A DNA stretch of 64,000 nucleotides from Antedon mediterranea (lineage: Eukaryota; Animalia; Echinodermata): contig NC_092679.1 in assembly GCF_964355755.1 (NCBI RefSeq), positions 5,114,201-5,178,200 of the forward strand, read 5' to 3'. This document shows, piece after piece, positions 23,977-38,099 of this stretch. The notes beneath the pieces were generated by a model. That model did no database searches. It was not told the origin of the DNA and saw only the letters and a list, made by a program, of their open reading frames with translations. Every line of letters begins with the position of its first letter. Position 1 is the first letter of the stretch. A program made the translations under genes and the position numbers.

Positions 23977-24260
23977 TTAATTAGAGGTTCGCCCAAAACA
24001 CCATAGTTCATTTTCATCTATGATATTTTGTGAACATGGGCTCCATTCTAGGATCAAATTAATTAGAGGTTCACCCAAAACACCATAGTTCATTTTCATC
24101 TATGATATTTTGTGAACATGGGCTCCATTCTAGGATCAAATTAATTAGAGGTTCACCCAAAACACCATAGTTCATTTTCATCTATGATATTTTGTGAACA
24201 TGGGCTCCATTCTATTTTCAAATTAATTAGTGGTTCACCCAACACCACCATAGTTTTATT
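23977..24260. repeat. Tandem repeat, 82-bp unit, about 3.4 near-identical copies
   Basis: aattagaggttcacccaaaacaccatagttc... starts at 23979, 24061, 24143 and 24225. Confidence 0.92.
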
Positions 24261-25157
24261 TTGTTTAATCGAGAGAGAAATTTATGATTAAACCATAACA
24301 AATTTAAAGCCTACATATACAATTATATTTTATTAGAAAATCCAGATAACATTTGAACATAGTTTTATTTATCCTAACATTAAACAATTTAGATTTTTTA
24401 AGTGAATGGTATTAGAGCCTATTATTAAATTATACAAGACTAGAAATACCTAAGAAATAAAAATTACCTAAATCAATACACCAATGTCTCCTACATACTC
24501 CTATGGACTTAATTTGTTTTAAAGAATTAATCATTAAATGTTACTCTTTTCCTACCTGTTAATAGATATTTCTCCACCTGTCTATATTGCAATAGAAAAA
24601 CCATGTTGAAAGGTTAAAAGAATACACAGCTTTGAAAATGAGAATGAACTTATCTGTACCACCTGCACCTAGCTCCAAAAACAGGCCATTAAAATTCAAC
24701 TTGCATTCACTATTGGCTGCTGTACATAAATTTAAATATACATACAAACCATGGCGAGCAGCTAAATAAAGCAATACATTCTCACTAATAGATTTCTAGT
24801 GTATCTACACTAGTATTATGTGTACCTACTGTAAGTAGTATTATTGGTTAATGTATTGTTTGTGATGTTTTAGGTAACTTAAATATATTACTTGCCAAAA
24901 TATAGCACATATCATTATCATTGTATGTCTATGTTTTTATAAGTAAGCGTCTTCTAATCAAAAATGTGTATCTAAGTAGTGTGTTATATTGGTGAACATT
25001 TTAAGAACATTGCTTCTACAGTACTACATTAATATGGCAGGCATACATTATTACTGACTGGTGTCTAAATGCTAAATGAATCAAGATACTATATATAATG
25101 CTTAAGAATAAAGGAAACTATTTTTTTTTAATTTACTGAATAAATACTTTTTTTTAA

Positions 25158-25533
25158 AGATGCGAGCTTTTTGTCTCCCAAAAACATACAAATAAATAAA
25201 ACCAAACTTTAAATAGGCTATTTCCATAAAGTTATCAATTCTGGTAAAAAAAAAAAAATTAAAAATATTAATGATCTTGCTTTAAATATTAAAAAAACAC
25301 AAAAAAACAATATTTGTAACCAAAAGCACATATGAATGTATATGAATGTACTATCCCAAAAAAAAAAGAAGAAAAAAGGGAAATGAATGAATGAATTTCC
25401 AGGTTGGCTATTTTTTCTCTCTTATTTATCTGTTAAATAATTATTTTTAATATCCATTTTTTAGTAAAATTGAATATTTAACATTAAAATTGCCTATTCA
25501 ACAATTGTTTGTTTCTAAGGGGACAATACATCT
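25158..25533 (+). mobile_element. Degenerate family C element (TTAA target, Kolobok-like)
   Basis: ttaa-agatgc...ttgtctcccaaaaacat at left, ggggacaatacatct-ttaa at right, internal similarity to the intact copies. Confidence 0.65.
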
Positions 25534-27119
25534 TTAAGTGAAAAATGAATATGGGTTTCCAGTTTCTTTTTTTCAATCAAATTGGCTCTTCTTAAAATAA
25601 TCTTTGATGGAAAAAATGTACTAAGTATATTACAATAGTTTAGTATAACATACCAGTATTACACAGTATGTCTAATTTGTAAATCATTTTAATATTATTT
25701 ATATACTTTCATTCCTTGTATGTTTCATTATTAAAACAAAATGTGGTTGGATAATCTGTTTCTTGTGCATGATATTTAACAAAATAAAAATGGGTGTGAC
25801 CCGAGGGGGAGAAATTTCATAGCGAGAAAAAGCATAATTAGGGAAAGGTAGAGAACGGCGAGTTAACACTCAGTTGGACGTCTATAGCTCCAAGTACAAT
25901 ATAACAATATTTTCACAAGAATAACAACTAACTGCCAAATATCATAGTAAATTAATTGTTACCTGTAGAGTAAAAATTAAATATTTTATATTTTTTGTTT
26001 ATTTTTTTAAAATACCTGCGGTAATAAAACATGTATGGCCAATGAGAGTCTGACCGTTTAATTATTGAGTATTATAATATGCGATACCACACCGAAAGGT
26101 GAAATTGAAAAAACCCTACTTCAGCCTTTATGCGATAAATTGGTTCGGGAGAATTGGCTGATGGCAAAGACGGTAAACAGGCAAAGGTCAAGTACGGACT
26201 GAGACAACACGTCAAAGCGTCGGTAATCGAATCTGTCCATCTGATACCGATAATAATAAGAACATCCGCGGAGATTCGAGTGAGGCCAAAATGTACAGCA
26301 GGGGGAGCATTTTATGACATGCATGTCACTGTGGTATCCATTAATGCATGTTAGCTGGCCTAGATACATAATGTATTACATAGTGCTACATGCTGTGTTA
26401 ACCCAGACGTACCTGTCCGGTTTATAATTTTATAAGGCTGACAAGTAGGCCACGACTTTCACGGTATAGATTCTATCAACATCGATAGCAACACCAAAAA
26501 CAGACATTATGGAATGTCTATATACATTTCATTGCTCACATTGAGATGTAACAGTGAGGAATGTGCACATTTTCAAACATTTGGTAACATACTGTACTTA
26601 AAAAGAATAATAAATTCTGTACAACCAATCTATTATAGTACATTTTTAATGTTATTGTGAATGAGTCACAATCACTGTTTATGCCTATCTATTTAATAAA
26701 CCTGTACTATACATTTCATTTGACTATTTAACAAAGTATATTTGTTATATAATATTTAGTTACTGTACTAGCATATATTTTATAAGATATGTCAGAGAGA
26801 AGTGAGACAAATGGTTGGGTTCAAGAACAAAAGAACACATAACGTAGGCAAATGTTTTTTTGACATTACAGAGAAAAAATCAACAAAATATTTGGTCTCT
26901 AATACTGATCCAGAGATATTAATAGTTTTCTTCAAAAGTTGTTTTAATGATATAAATCATTATATTTTCAGTATAATTATAACTTTGTATACCAATGCCA
27001 GCAAAAATGACATTAATAAGCACCCTTTAATATATTTAAATATATAATTGTTTATCATTTCAGTAAATATTGTTTTATTATAATTACCATAGTTTACATA
27101 ATCGTAATAATATCTTGTG

Positions 27120-27183
27120 TAATTTTAGCCTACAAGTTGTCCAAGAGTCATAATTTTAGCCTACAAGTTGTCCAAGAGTCATA
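27120..27183. repeat. Perfect 32-bp tandem duplication
   Basis: taattttagcctacaagttgtccaagagtca twice. Confidence 0.85.
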
Positions 27184-27574
27184 GGCTGTATTAAACACCT
27201 ACTGTATACCACTTAGGCTAAGGAAAACACTTTCACTAATAATTAAAGGACATTTTTTTGGTAAAAAGCATTTTTTAATGGAAATATCTCACTTCAATGT
27301 GATAGTTAGGCCACTGGAACAGGACATTTACGGCGCCATAACTCACAATAAACTGGGTAACCAAATAATAATCAAACGTCCTTCAGAATGCTAGAAACAT
27401 TTTCAATCAATTAAATAGTCACATGGGGAAATGTTTCATGTGACAATGAACTTGTTTCACCATCTGCAATTGGTCTAATTGTCCACTCACAATTTATTAC
27501 TTGTTCTAAATATTTTCTACAAAAGGTTTCTAAACTTTTTTTTCTTTTAATTATTACTACATTAGTAATCTTAA

Positions 27575-27904
27575 AGATGCATTGTCCGACCAGAAACTTG
27601 AAAAATGAAGATTAATAAAATCAAATTTTTAATATGCCATTTTGTAGTTTTAACAAAGTTAATCACTTCCGTAGAAAAAAAAAACCTGACAAAAAAATGA
27701 TGTTTTCACTTATAATATGACAAAATAAACGGTTAAAAAATCATTGGTTGGCAGCCAATTTGACTGTTTTTTGCTTTAAATTACAGTTTTTTTCAGGTAA
27801 ATTATTTTTTCCCCATCCAATTTTTGGTCAAAGTGAATAACTATTAAAATGGCATATCCAACAAAAGAAATTAAAACATTTTTTTTCAGGGGGACAATAC
27901 ATCT
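27575..27904 (+). mobile_element. Family C non-autonomous DNA transposon (TTAA TSD, Kolobok-like), 330 bp
   Basis: TTAA|AGATGCATTGTCC ... GGACAATACATCT|TTAA; purine-purine 5' terminus plus TTAA target fits Kolobok rather than piggyBac (CCY termini). Confidence 0.85.
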
Positions 27905-28299
27905 TTAACTTGTTTAAACTATTCATTTTCTCAGAGATGAATTGGAATACAGAAATTACAAGTAGATTATTAGGATGCCTTTTATTTAGGAAGTGTTTCA
28001 CTTCATTGTATAAACATTTAAGTAGATTAGTCAAGAAATGCTTAAATTGACAAACTATGCCAACAACAGAAAGTTAACATCATAGTAATTGAGTTCCAAT
28101 GTAAGAACTTAGTTATAAAGGAACAGTGATGTTTTATTTCTGACAATATTGTACTTACTGTACAGTACATAATGCCCTACTGGGAAGTAATGAAAAGGAG
28201 TCACTTTCTGAATGGTAAACAGGGCATTCATCGTTTACATTGGAAGACAGTTGTATAAAGTTTTTCCTTTTCAGTTACCAATGTATGGATTAAATATAG

Positions 28300-28505
28300 T
28301 ATCTACTGTGTATGAATAAGTACCAACTGCGTGTGGATAAGTACTGTACCAACAACTCTGTAAATAAGTATTACTGTATGTGTGGATCAAAAGTACAAAC
28401 TGTGTGTGGATAATAAAGTAAAAACTAACTGTGCGCATACAGTAAGTATCAACTATATAAGTACAAACTGTGTGTGGATAAGTACCAACTGTGTGTGGAT
28501 AAGTT
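28300..28505. repeat. Degenerate minisatellite, about 21-bp unit
   Basis: Recurrent aagtaccaactgtgtgtggat. Confidence 0.75.
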
Positions 28506-28959
28506 AAGATTAGATACTATCTACTGGTTGTTTAAATTGGGTGGGTTAAAGATCTTAAGCCAAAACCCTTGTGTAGGTTGTACAGTACCAACCCATTTAA
28601 ACCTGTAGCGGAACACTGGGTAATTATAACATTTAATACACATATTACTTTTTTTTTTATTAAGTTTTAAGTGATCACCAAACCTTGGCATTATTTCTCC
28701 ATGGTGCAATAAAGTGAAAGACTCCAAGACAAAGTAGTTAATGCCAAATATCATAACAAAATGTCTCATAATAAAATGCTTTATTATTTAATAAATGTAT
28801 ATTAGGTCACAGTAAATGTCATATTTATTATCAATCTGCAATAAATCAAACTACACTATTTAAAAAAAAAAATATATTAATAATAAAATTTAATGAAAAA
28901 ATGTATTCTATTATTAATTAGTTATTTCTTTATTGTGTGGATGAGCTCCAATGCTTTAT

Positions 28960-29152
28960 ATCAGTGCCAACTAAAATCTGTGTAGATAAGTACCAACTAA
29001 AATCTATGTCTAGAGATACCAACTAAACTCTGTGTCTAGATAAGTGCCAACTAAACTCTGTGTCTAGATAAGTACCAACTCTGTACCTAGATAAGTACCA
29101 ACTCTGTACCTAGACAATACCAACTCTTGGATAACTAACAGCATTTGTGTAG
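28960..29152. repeat. Degenerate minisatellite related to 28300-28505 (22-27-bp units)
   Basis: Recurrent agtaccaact(aaact)ctgtgtctagata. Confidence 0.75.
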
Positions 29153-29829
29153 ATAGAAAACACTAACGAATTTAAATAAAAATGTGTAGAAAAACTATAG
29201 AATTGAAAGTGATAGGAAACACTATAGGAACCCCACCAAGGAATTAGGCAGAGCTGTTGAAGTGCAGATTTCAGAAGATTTCTCGGTTGAACAACATGAG
29301 TTTGTTTTAAACATTTTATCTACTTTGGTAAAATTTCTAAATAATTGGTAATGCAATTCAATTTATTAATTCTTTCACAATAAAAAAAATGTAAGCAAAG
29401 TGGACAACAAAGATACACACACAAGGAGAAAGAAGAGTCATAATCTAGTACTAATAAGTGGAATAAAGTTCAATAGATGACAGAGGAGACATACAAATGC
29501 TATCAACGCCTAATTAATCTATAAAAGATTTCAAAGTTTCATTAAACTTTTATTGGGTTCTAAAATGCTAAATTGTAAAATATTAAGTTTATATGAGTGA
29601 GTTTTAACGCCAAACATCTAGCATAATTGAAGACTTCAAAGACGGATGTTAAATGTAGTAAAAATCAATTATCCATAATTGATTATTAAAGAAATCGTAG
29701 ATAAAGTGCAATAGACATACTCATGGCACAACATATTTTACTGTCTACAGATGTGAGGGTATACTGTTTCTAGTACTACTCAATAAAATAAAAATATTCT
29801 ATGTGTTCCCTTTGGTACAGTAGATTTAA

Positions 29830-30159
29830 AGATATATTGTCCACAAAAAACATGAACAATTAAGATAATTAAATCAGACTTTGAACAGGTTATTTGTAGT
29901 TTGTATTTGAAGTTAATCACTTCTGTAGAAAAAAAACCCCCAAAAAATCATGTTTTCACTTATAAAATAACATAATAAATGGTTAAATTCAACCAAAACC
30001 CTTTGCCTGGCAGCCAATTTGAAAATTTGTTGCTTTAAATTCCATTCCAATTTTTTTTCGATCTAATTTTTGGTCGAAGTCAATAACTAGTATGTGACAT
30101 TAAAATGGCATATTCAACAACAAAAATCAAAAATATTTTTTCAGGGGGACAATACATCT
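29830..30159 (+). mobile_element. Family C non-autonomous DNA transposon (TTAA TSD, Kolobok-like), 330 bp
   Basis: TTAA|AGATATATTGTCC ... GGACAATACATCT|TTAA, collinear with 27575-27904. Confidence 0.85.
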
Positions 30160-33100
30160 TTAATGTTCTTTAGTGTTCAATGGGTCATACAGTATTAGTA
30201 ACTTAAGTTTATTTCAAAATAATTTAGTTCAGTATCATCTCCAATACAACATTTTAAATTTAAGTTTTCCTCGATTTCATCACAAATAACTGTTTATGAG
30301 TCTTGTGTTTCTATGGTTCTTTCTTAGTTTTAAAAATAAAATAAATATATAATGAATAAAACCAGATTGAATCTTTCATATAACATTTTAATGTAAAAGT
30401 AATTAAAAAAAGGTAATATGCCTAGGTAATTTAAAATCACAATGATTATAGGTTTACAATATTCTTGATAATTATTTTTAAAGGAATATGCAGTATAATT
30501 AACTAAACAGTAAGAGGTCAAACTGTCCTCTCATCTTTTAGAATCAAGATTATGTACGTCCCTTCGGCTTTAAACTTATGTTGTAGAAATATATCATACT
30601 CTTAATAATTTGAAATTGATCTGGAGTAACGCCTGAACGATTTTCAAATTTTCTACCTTTTTAAAAGCATATCAAAGCAACATTATCAAGAATGTTTTAT
30701 AGAGCGAGACAAAGTGAGAGCGTGACATACGCATAAATAGATCACGGTGAATCGTATTCTTTGACGCCTAGAGTGCAGCTCGTATTAGATCAGAGGCAGC
30801 GTGTCCAACAGGCTGCTTTCATTACCCTATATGATTACATTTTTATTCACATCTGAACTATCTGCCCATAATGTTTGTAATGAATATTCTACTTTGATGA
30901 TACAACATAAGCTGCCTATAGTAGTAGGTTTTCTGCTTTGTTCAAATAATGTCAGATGTGATTAGAAGTTTATTTTGCATGTTCTAATAAATTGCATATA
31001 CCTTGTTTATTCCATCTGAACAAACAAAATGGAAATCACATAAATTAATTTAAAAAGAATACAGTACACAATTATTAAAATTTGTATTAGAAATTATGCA
31101 AGCCCTTGACAGGATTGTTACAGTGGGTTCGTTTTTCCAAAAGGCCAATTTACCATTACTGTATATTTCTGCTAGTGAAAAGGGTACCTCTGGAAAAGAC
31201 ACGGTTTGTTGAAAACCTTGAAACCCCACTTGCTACCTGAAAAGAATTCAACATAATTTTGTGCTATAAACTGGACTTATCTCCAATACATTGCAGCATA
31301 CTTGCTTTTAAAACATGTGTGGACACAGCTGTATCTATTTTAAATAACTTCATCTGTCAACACCTTATCTCTAACAAGTGCTTTTTACTAAATCCTTTAA
31401 TTTAATATTTAATGATATTTAAATATAAAATTCTCTGACCTTACATGTCCGTTACAAAGCATTAGTCTATTTTAAAATGTATTTTAGAAACTGCTACTGA
31501 CAATGTGAATAGGTTGTAAAGTGGGGATTTCTTTAAAAAGGAAGTTCTCAATCAAGTATTTGCATATAGCTTTCTTGTAGATTACATCAATAAGGACCCA
31601 ATTATAGAATGCGAAATTATTAAATGAGTATATTCAAGGGTAACATTGAAATCAAATTAGTCATCGGAGTTGCAGATTTATTTGACCAGCATTGCCACTA
31701 GAGGGGTGGAGATGTGAACGATGACCAGCATTGCTTACAATACGGGCCACTAGAGGGGGTGGAGATGCGGATGATACTTTACTTACATAAAATATCAACT
31801 AAGAAATGTGTTCCATAATAATAATTTTAACATTGTTGACCAGCAGTGTGTACTGTATTAAAATTTCAATAATTTCTTTTTATCCCATAGCCCACTCTTG
31901 TAGTTTCCATAAGACACTTGGTAGGGTTGTTAGCCCACAACGCAGTGATAAACGACAGGGCTGCTCTTTCCTGAAAGATGAACTGGTTTCCTTTAGGTGC
32001 ACACAAGCCAGATGTGCGCTGGTGTGAGAATTGTACTACCACTAGAAAAATGGTCAAAGAGTGCCTTGAACCCGTGCCTATATTATGTTGTTTGTTTAAA
32101 CTTTTTCCGAAACATTTATCAGAAATTTAATACGAGATATTACAGGTACTGTAATACCCCAAAAAATAGCAAGGAATGAATGATCATGATTATTCAACTG
32201 GTAGTTTAGTTTTTAGCTCTTTATTACTTAAACAATTTCTTTAGTTTGAATATCTAATTTCTTTACAAAGCACAAGTGCAGATTCTCAACGAGTGATCTT
32301 CTCATGAGGGTGCTATAACACGATATTGAATTTACCATTAATTTACTTTTATCGTTTTCGTAGCACCACCAAAATGCAAATAAAATTAGTTTAGAAAATA
32401 TCTATGTATATTTATCAATGTTTGTTGATACTGTTAAATTGTGATGATGAAATATTACATCCCCTGGGTGAACTTTGGAAACGCATACAGTGGTAAATAC
32501 ACAGGAGATACCGTAACGTGCAACGCCGATCACTATAAATTTGAATAGTAATTTTCCCCCTCCTTTGTTTTGCATATAGATTGGTATTTTGAATATACTG
32601 GGTGAATCTTAACTTTAAATTATTTGTTATACATGGTTAATCTATTACTATTAGCAAACAGAAACAAAAGTATTTTAATCAAATATAATATTACATTATA
32701 ATTTAATTATGAAGCAGGTTTGTTCTTTCTCAAGGTCTGGGAAATTGCTTTCATTATTAAACTACGTACCTAATGTAACAATTCAAAACAAAGAGTAACT
32801 TTATCATCATTTTGAATAAATTATATTTAAAATAATTCCTTATTAAAATTATTTTTTGTTGTTTTTGATAACTTTGTAATTATAAAGGAAAGAATTTATA
32901 AAATAATGTCAAGGTTGTTTTAAAATATGAACATTGCAAAGAAGCAATTTAAATAGTGAGATTTTACAGTTTCTTATAGCAAAATGACGGTCATTACTGT
33001 TTTGACCGAAACAAGGGAACACAGTTAATGCAGTGAACAGCCCTCAGTTGTCTCATATCAACATCCTATTCAAGCAGTTATTTTGCAAGCTTTCAACGTA

Positions 33101-36100
33101 AATACTTATAAACTTCATTATTTGCTTCAGCAGTTTTATTCCTCGATCCTATGACCATTTGCTTTTACGAGAAAAAGCATCGTCAAAAGTAATAACATTT
33201 AACAAAGACTTATCACAACCAACCTGACCATAGAAATGTTGCCTTGACAGGTACACACTATACCTACCACTTTGTTGATGAAAAATATTTGAAAATCAGG
33301 GTATTATGAGATGTATTTAAGCGACAGGGGTTTGCATATCCTAGGGTGACAGAAACTGATGAAATAGAGTGTTTTTAAAATCTACAAAATGCAATATTGG
33401 TTGGATGGGTAGTAGGCGAGAATTACAATAGAGTTGATCTTACTCCACCTCCCATTAGGAGTACCTTTCAATTAATCAACTTGACATTCTATTGTTAATG
33501 ATACTTTTCATTGCCTAGATGGATGGCATGTCAGAATAAAAGGTGTAGTTTGTCTGTATGTCCAAGAGAACTGGTTGTAAGATATTGGCAATCAATGTGG
33601 ATCACTAAGACACAGGATTGGTCCAGAATGAAAATAGAATAAGAACAAACCAGCAAATTGAATGGAGTTTTCAAATAAAATTGTCAGTTTGTCTGTGTGT
33701 CCAGCTGATCTTATTACAAGGCTGTTTAGATGGAGTACAGAGTGCCAGAATACAAATGTGTGTGGTCTTAAGATTATCATACCACAGATTAATTACATAT
33801 TTGAATTATGAGTAATAAAAAGATGTTTGTAAACAACATTTCTTATGAATATGAAACATAATCACTCAAGAGGTAATTCAAAGAAAGCACTTCAACATAA
33901 AAGACAGAATTACAAAAGAAAAATAAGCATAAAAAATCATCAATGCTATATATTGATTTTACAGAGATAATATTGGATTAATAAGTACCTTGAAATTGAG
34001 CCTGGAATAATAAACAATAGCCAGACATTGTACTTTTACAAGGTCACTCAAAGTTAATCCTGCCCTGGTCGGCTTTTATAATTGTTGGCCTAAATTATGA
34101 CCGCTTTACTCTACGGCTTTTCCCCTTTGTCTTTGATTGTAATATTTTACTTTACCATCCGCGAATTCATTTCTCAAACCTCATGGTTTCTCTTTGTATG
34201 TTAACCTAATGAGCTAATTCAGAGTATATTTTTAGAAATGCGGCCAGATGGCCGCAGGGAACTAATCTATCGGCGATCGTCACAAATAACCCATTATAAT
34301 GCTTTTTATTCCCAATGGCTACATGAAGTATCAAATACGCTTTGCCCACATTTCCCCCATCAGTAACTCCATTCATGTACTTGAATAATTTAAATTTCCT
34401 AATTGAAAGTCATAGCAAATTTTTTTATGAAAAGTATGGATCAAAACATTATTTTGCTATCACTTACTACTTTTTTTGAAAATCACTAATAAATATTGTG
34501 GGAATATTTTAACTTGTGCCTACTTCCAGATATCCTGGCAAAACTCAGGCATTTACACAACAACAATGTTATTACCAAATTAATATTACATTAATTATGA
34601 CTTATATATAAACTATTATTATTACAAAAATGGAAAAAAGGTTTCCAAGAACAGAATTTTGTTTTTAGACCAATGGGATTTATTGCATACCCCAGACTTA
34701 ATTAAATTACCCTTAAAAAATGAATGAATAAATAAATCAACTTCATGATACTTCATCAGAATAATTTGGTAATCTTTTTATTATATTCAAAATATAGTTT
34801 TTATAATCAAATTATGTAAATTTTTAATTCCATGAAAAGTAATTTAAATGCAATATCAATTAAAATCATCCTACTCCACACAATTTATAACAAATTGCTG
34901 TATTGTCAAAGCATGAATATCAATGTATAGGCAAACCCAAGGTCTCAAAGTTTCACAAATCATTTTAAATTTCTAATTAACATCTTCACTTTATTTAGAT
35001 ATTTTAGAGTTAATCAATTTAAACCTTTTTTCATATGTCATATTTTGTAATGTTGTTATGTCAAAATAAACTTAAATCTTTTTAAATAAGTCTAGCATTG
35101 CCCGTTTTCACTGAAACTAGAAGAAAAAGCAAAAACTATGAGAACAACTTAGAAGGTCAACAAGTTTATCTTTCAAACCATTCATCTACATATTTTTTTC
35201 CCTAAAACTAATCACCTATCAGAAAAATGTGACATTAAAGCCATGAAAAGAGAAAGATTGACAGAGAATAAAACTAGAGATGATGTATGATGATCAACTG
35301 GGTGACCCTCTAAAATACCAACTAGATACTGTAATTGGTGTAGGTTTTATGTGTGTCTGGTCAAAGAAAAACAGAACACTTTCAAATCATGTCAGTATTT
35401 AAAAAAAATATTAAAATTAGGTTACATTTACTTTGCTTTGACCATTTTAACCTGAAGATTAGCGTGTTCATGATAGTATGGATGATGCTGATATGCTTTT
35501 AGGCAAAATGTACTGTATTTGCGAGACACGGAGAACGATTTTTGATGGATGTACAAACGGTCAGAGGGAATGGGAACTCATTCTAGAATGAGTAAAACCC
35601 ATTTACTGTATCAACAAATTAAATGGACTATCGGAAAATATGATATTAAAAAAAAAAGAAACTTGAAAACCAGATTCCAATGAGATAAAGAGAACAATAT
35701 TTGATTGAAGAAATGCAGAATTGCAGTGTATGTGAACAATCAAAGTAGTGAATTTTTAAAAACAGTTTTAATAATTGCTTATACCCACTAGTACAGATAT
35801 TACAAATTATGATAAAATAATTTAATAAATTTATTCAAAATAACTGAAATATGAATGTTTTTTACTTGATTTTTTATATTTCTATTTATATATATGCCTC
35901 CAACTTTTGTAATGTTTTATTGATATTCTGGTTTATAACAAGCAACCAATTTTGTTTTTATAACTGTTTGTGAAAACATAATAAAGTTAACTTGAATTTT
36001 AAAATATATATATTTATTAAATATTTTAGAAAAATTGAAATTTTAAAACGAAATATAAATAAGAAATATTAATGATTGAATATACAAAATATTCATATTG

Positions 36101-36154
36101 AGATACTACAGTAGTATTGACTTTGTTCCCATTGAGTTTTTTAAGACTCACTCT

Positions 36155-36192
36155 CAACATCTAGGGAGAATTAAAATTCTCCCTAGATGTTG
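36155..36192. repeat. Perfect inverted repeat (18-bp arms, 2-nt spacer)
   Basis: CAACATCTAGGGAGAATT-aa-AATTCTCCCTAGATGTTG. Confidence 0.9.
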
Positions 36193-38099
36193 TGCTATTA
36201 GAGCATATCTATTGATAAAATCAGACAAAAAAAAAATCAATTCAGAAGCTTTTGATATGCCGCCCAAGCTTGGCAGAATAATTTGATATTATCCATCTAG
36301 GATCATAGGGAGATAGGGGATAGAATAATTATTATCTATTATCATAATAATGTATGCTTGAAAAATCAGAAAAATGTAAGAAATAAGAAGTTTAATGACA
36401 CTAAAGAAACATTGGGTTTGAGGTAATTCTAAGTCATTTTAAAACAGATATTTGTATACCGGAATTATCAAACTTGTACAATAAAAAGATATATCTAGAT
36501 GTACTGTAAATTAAGGATAAAATGAAATGGACTAAGGAGACAACCATTCCCGGAATACATTGTAACATAACATAACAATCGAAACTTAAAGACATTCTCA
36601 ATAATAAGTTGTATTCCTTCTTGGAAACAAATGGTTTACTGGAAAAAAATGTTTATGTAACAATACAATAATGAATAATGTAACAACTATCCAAATGTTA
36701 AAAGGATTAAAATGCATTATTATAGTATAAATTGATAAAGTAATTACTACATGATAGTGATACTATGGTGCATAATTAAATACATTATATAAATTAAAGA
36801 TGAAATCTAATTTATACTGGTATACCATTACCACTAACATACATTTACACAAAAAATTGTTATCACCAGAAGATTCGTTTAAAATGTTATTTGAAAAAGG
36901 TAATTGTATAATTATGGAACTTTCTACCTAACAAAATAACAAATAATCTTTATGATATGACAGTATCAACTTTCAAATCACAAATTTCAAAACTTTAATT
37001 TTAATTCAAAACTAAATCTAATTAATGCTCAATGATTAAAACTTTTTTTATCTTGTTTCAAAATCTCAATTATTTATGTTTTAACTTTTAAATGTACTTC
37101 TTTAATTGTTTTAATTTGATTTTGATAATTTTAGGTTTAATTTTATATTTTCTTTTGTCCATTTATATACTGTATTTTGTTTACATTTATGTAGTTAAGA
37201 ACTGAACCACTTTGGAAATCAGTACATTGTATTGAAAGTGTATTTCAGAATAAAGAAAGATTAAATAAATAATTCAACTTCATGTTTTGGGAGCTACAGT
37301 ACCAGCGACCGTACAGTAGGTTTACCCCATTAAAAAAAAAAGGATTTATTCATTTCATCTCCATTTATTCTATCATTTGAACTTAATGCATAAATACATG
37401 GACAGTTTTAAAAATTATAAAAAAAAGGACAAAACTTTGACAAAATATAACATCATCAGATTTGTATAATAAGGTAAGATAAATTAAACAAATTTCATAA
37501 GAAATTGAATATAAATCTAGAATAATCCAATAAAAAATATGTACATACCATAAAGTCTTAGAACATATTGTTGAATCATGTGAGCGTGCTCAATGGAGGA
37601 AAACATTCTTAATTCAAGTTTTCAAAAACTGACCCTCTTTAGAGAAAAGAGATGGTATTTAATAGAGTTTGGCCACTCCTACCTTATGGAGGTCACTGGG
37701 GTTGTCCATTCGCGGACCACTTAGCCCCTTGCTATTGGCATCATCCAACCAGCAGGCCAGTTGCCCTGGCCACTCCTCCTGTTTACCTAGGTCAGTTGCA
37801 GTCACTAAGTAAACTGTGACATACCTAAGACTATAAATTATGTCTAATCCATAGAAATTATCTGTGAGGGTTTTGACTGGCCTTCCTATAGTAAATTATT
37901 CAAAATGTAACATATGGTTTCAAAATGGTGACAATGTTGGGGATAAAGGTAAACAAAACAATGTTGATAGTTTGATAATTGTCATAATACATTTATTATA
38001 GGCAATGATATTAATAATGATGAACTGATGGTAACATTTAAAAATTATAATTTTATGATAACCATTCTTACATGTGGTCATGTTGTACCTGGTACAAAG

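Noticed and set aside
23977-24260. CRISPR array
   Set aside because: Units are contiguous with no unique spacers; eukaryotic context and no cas genes.
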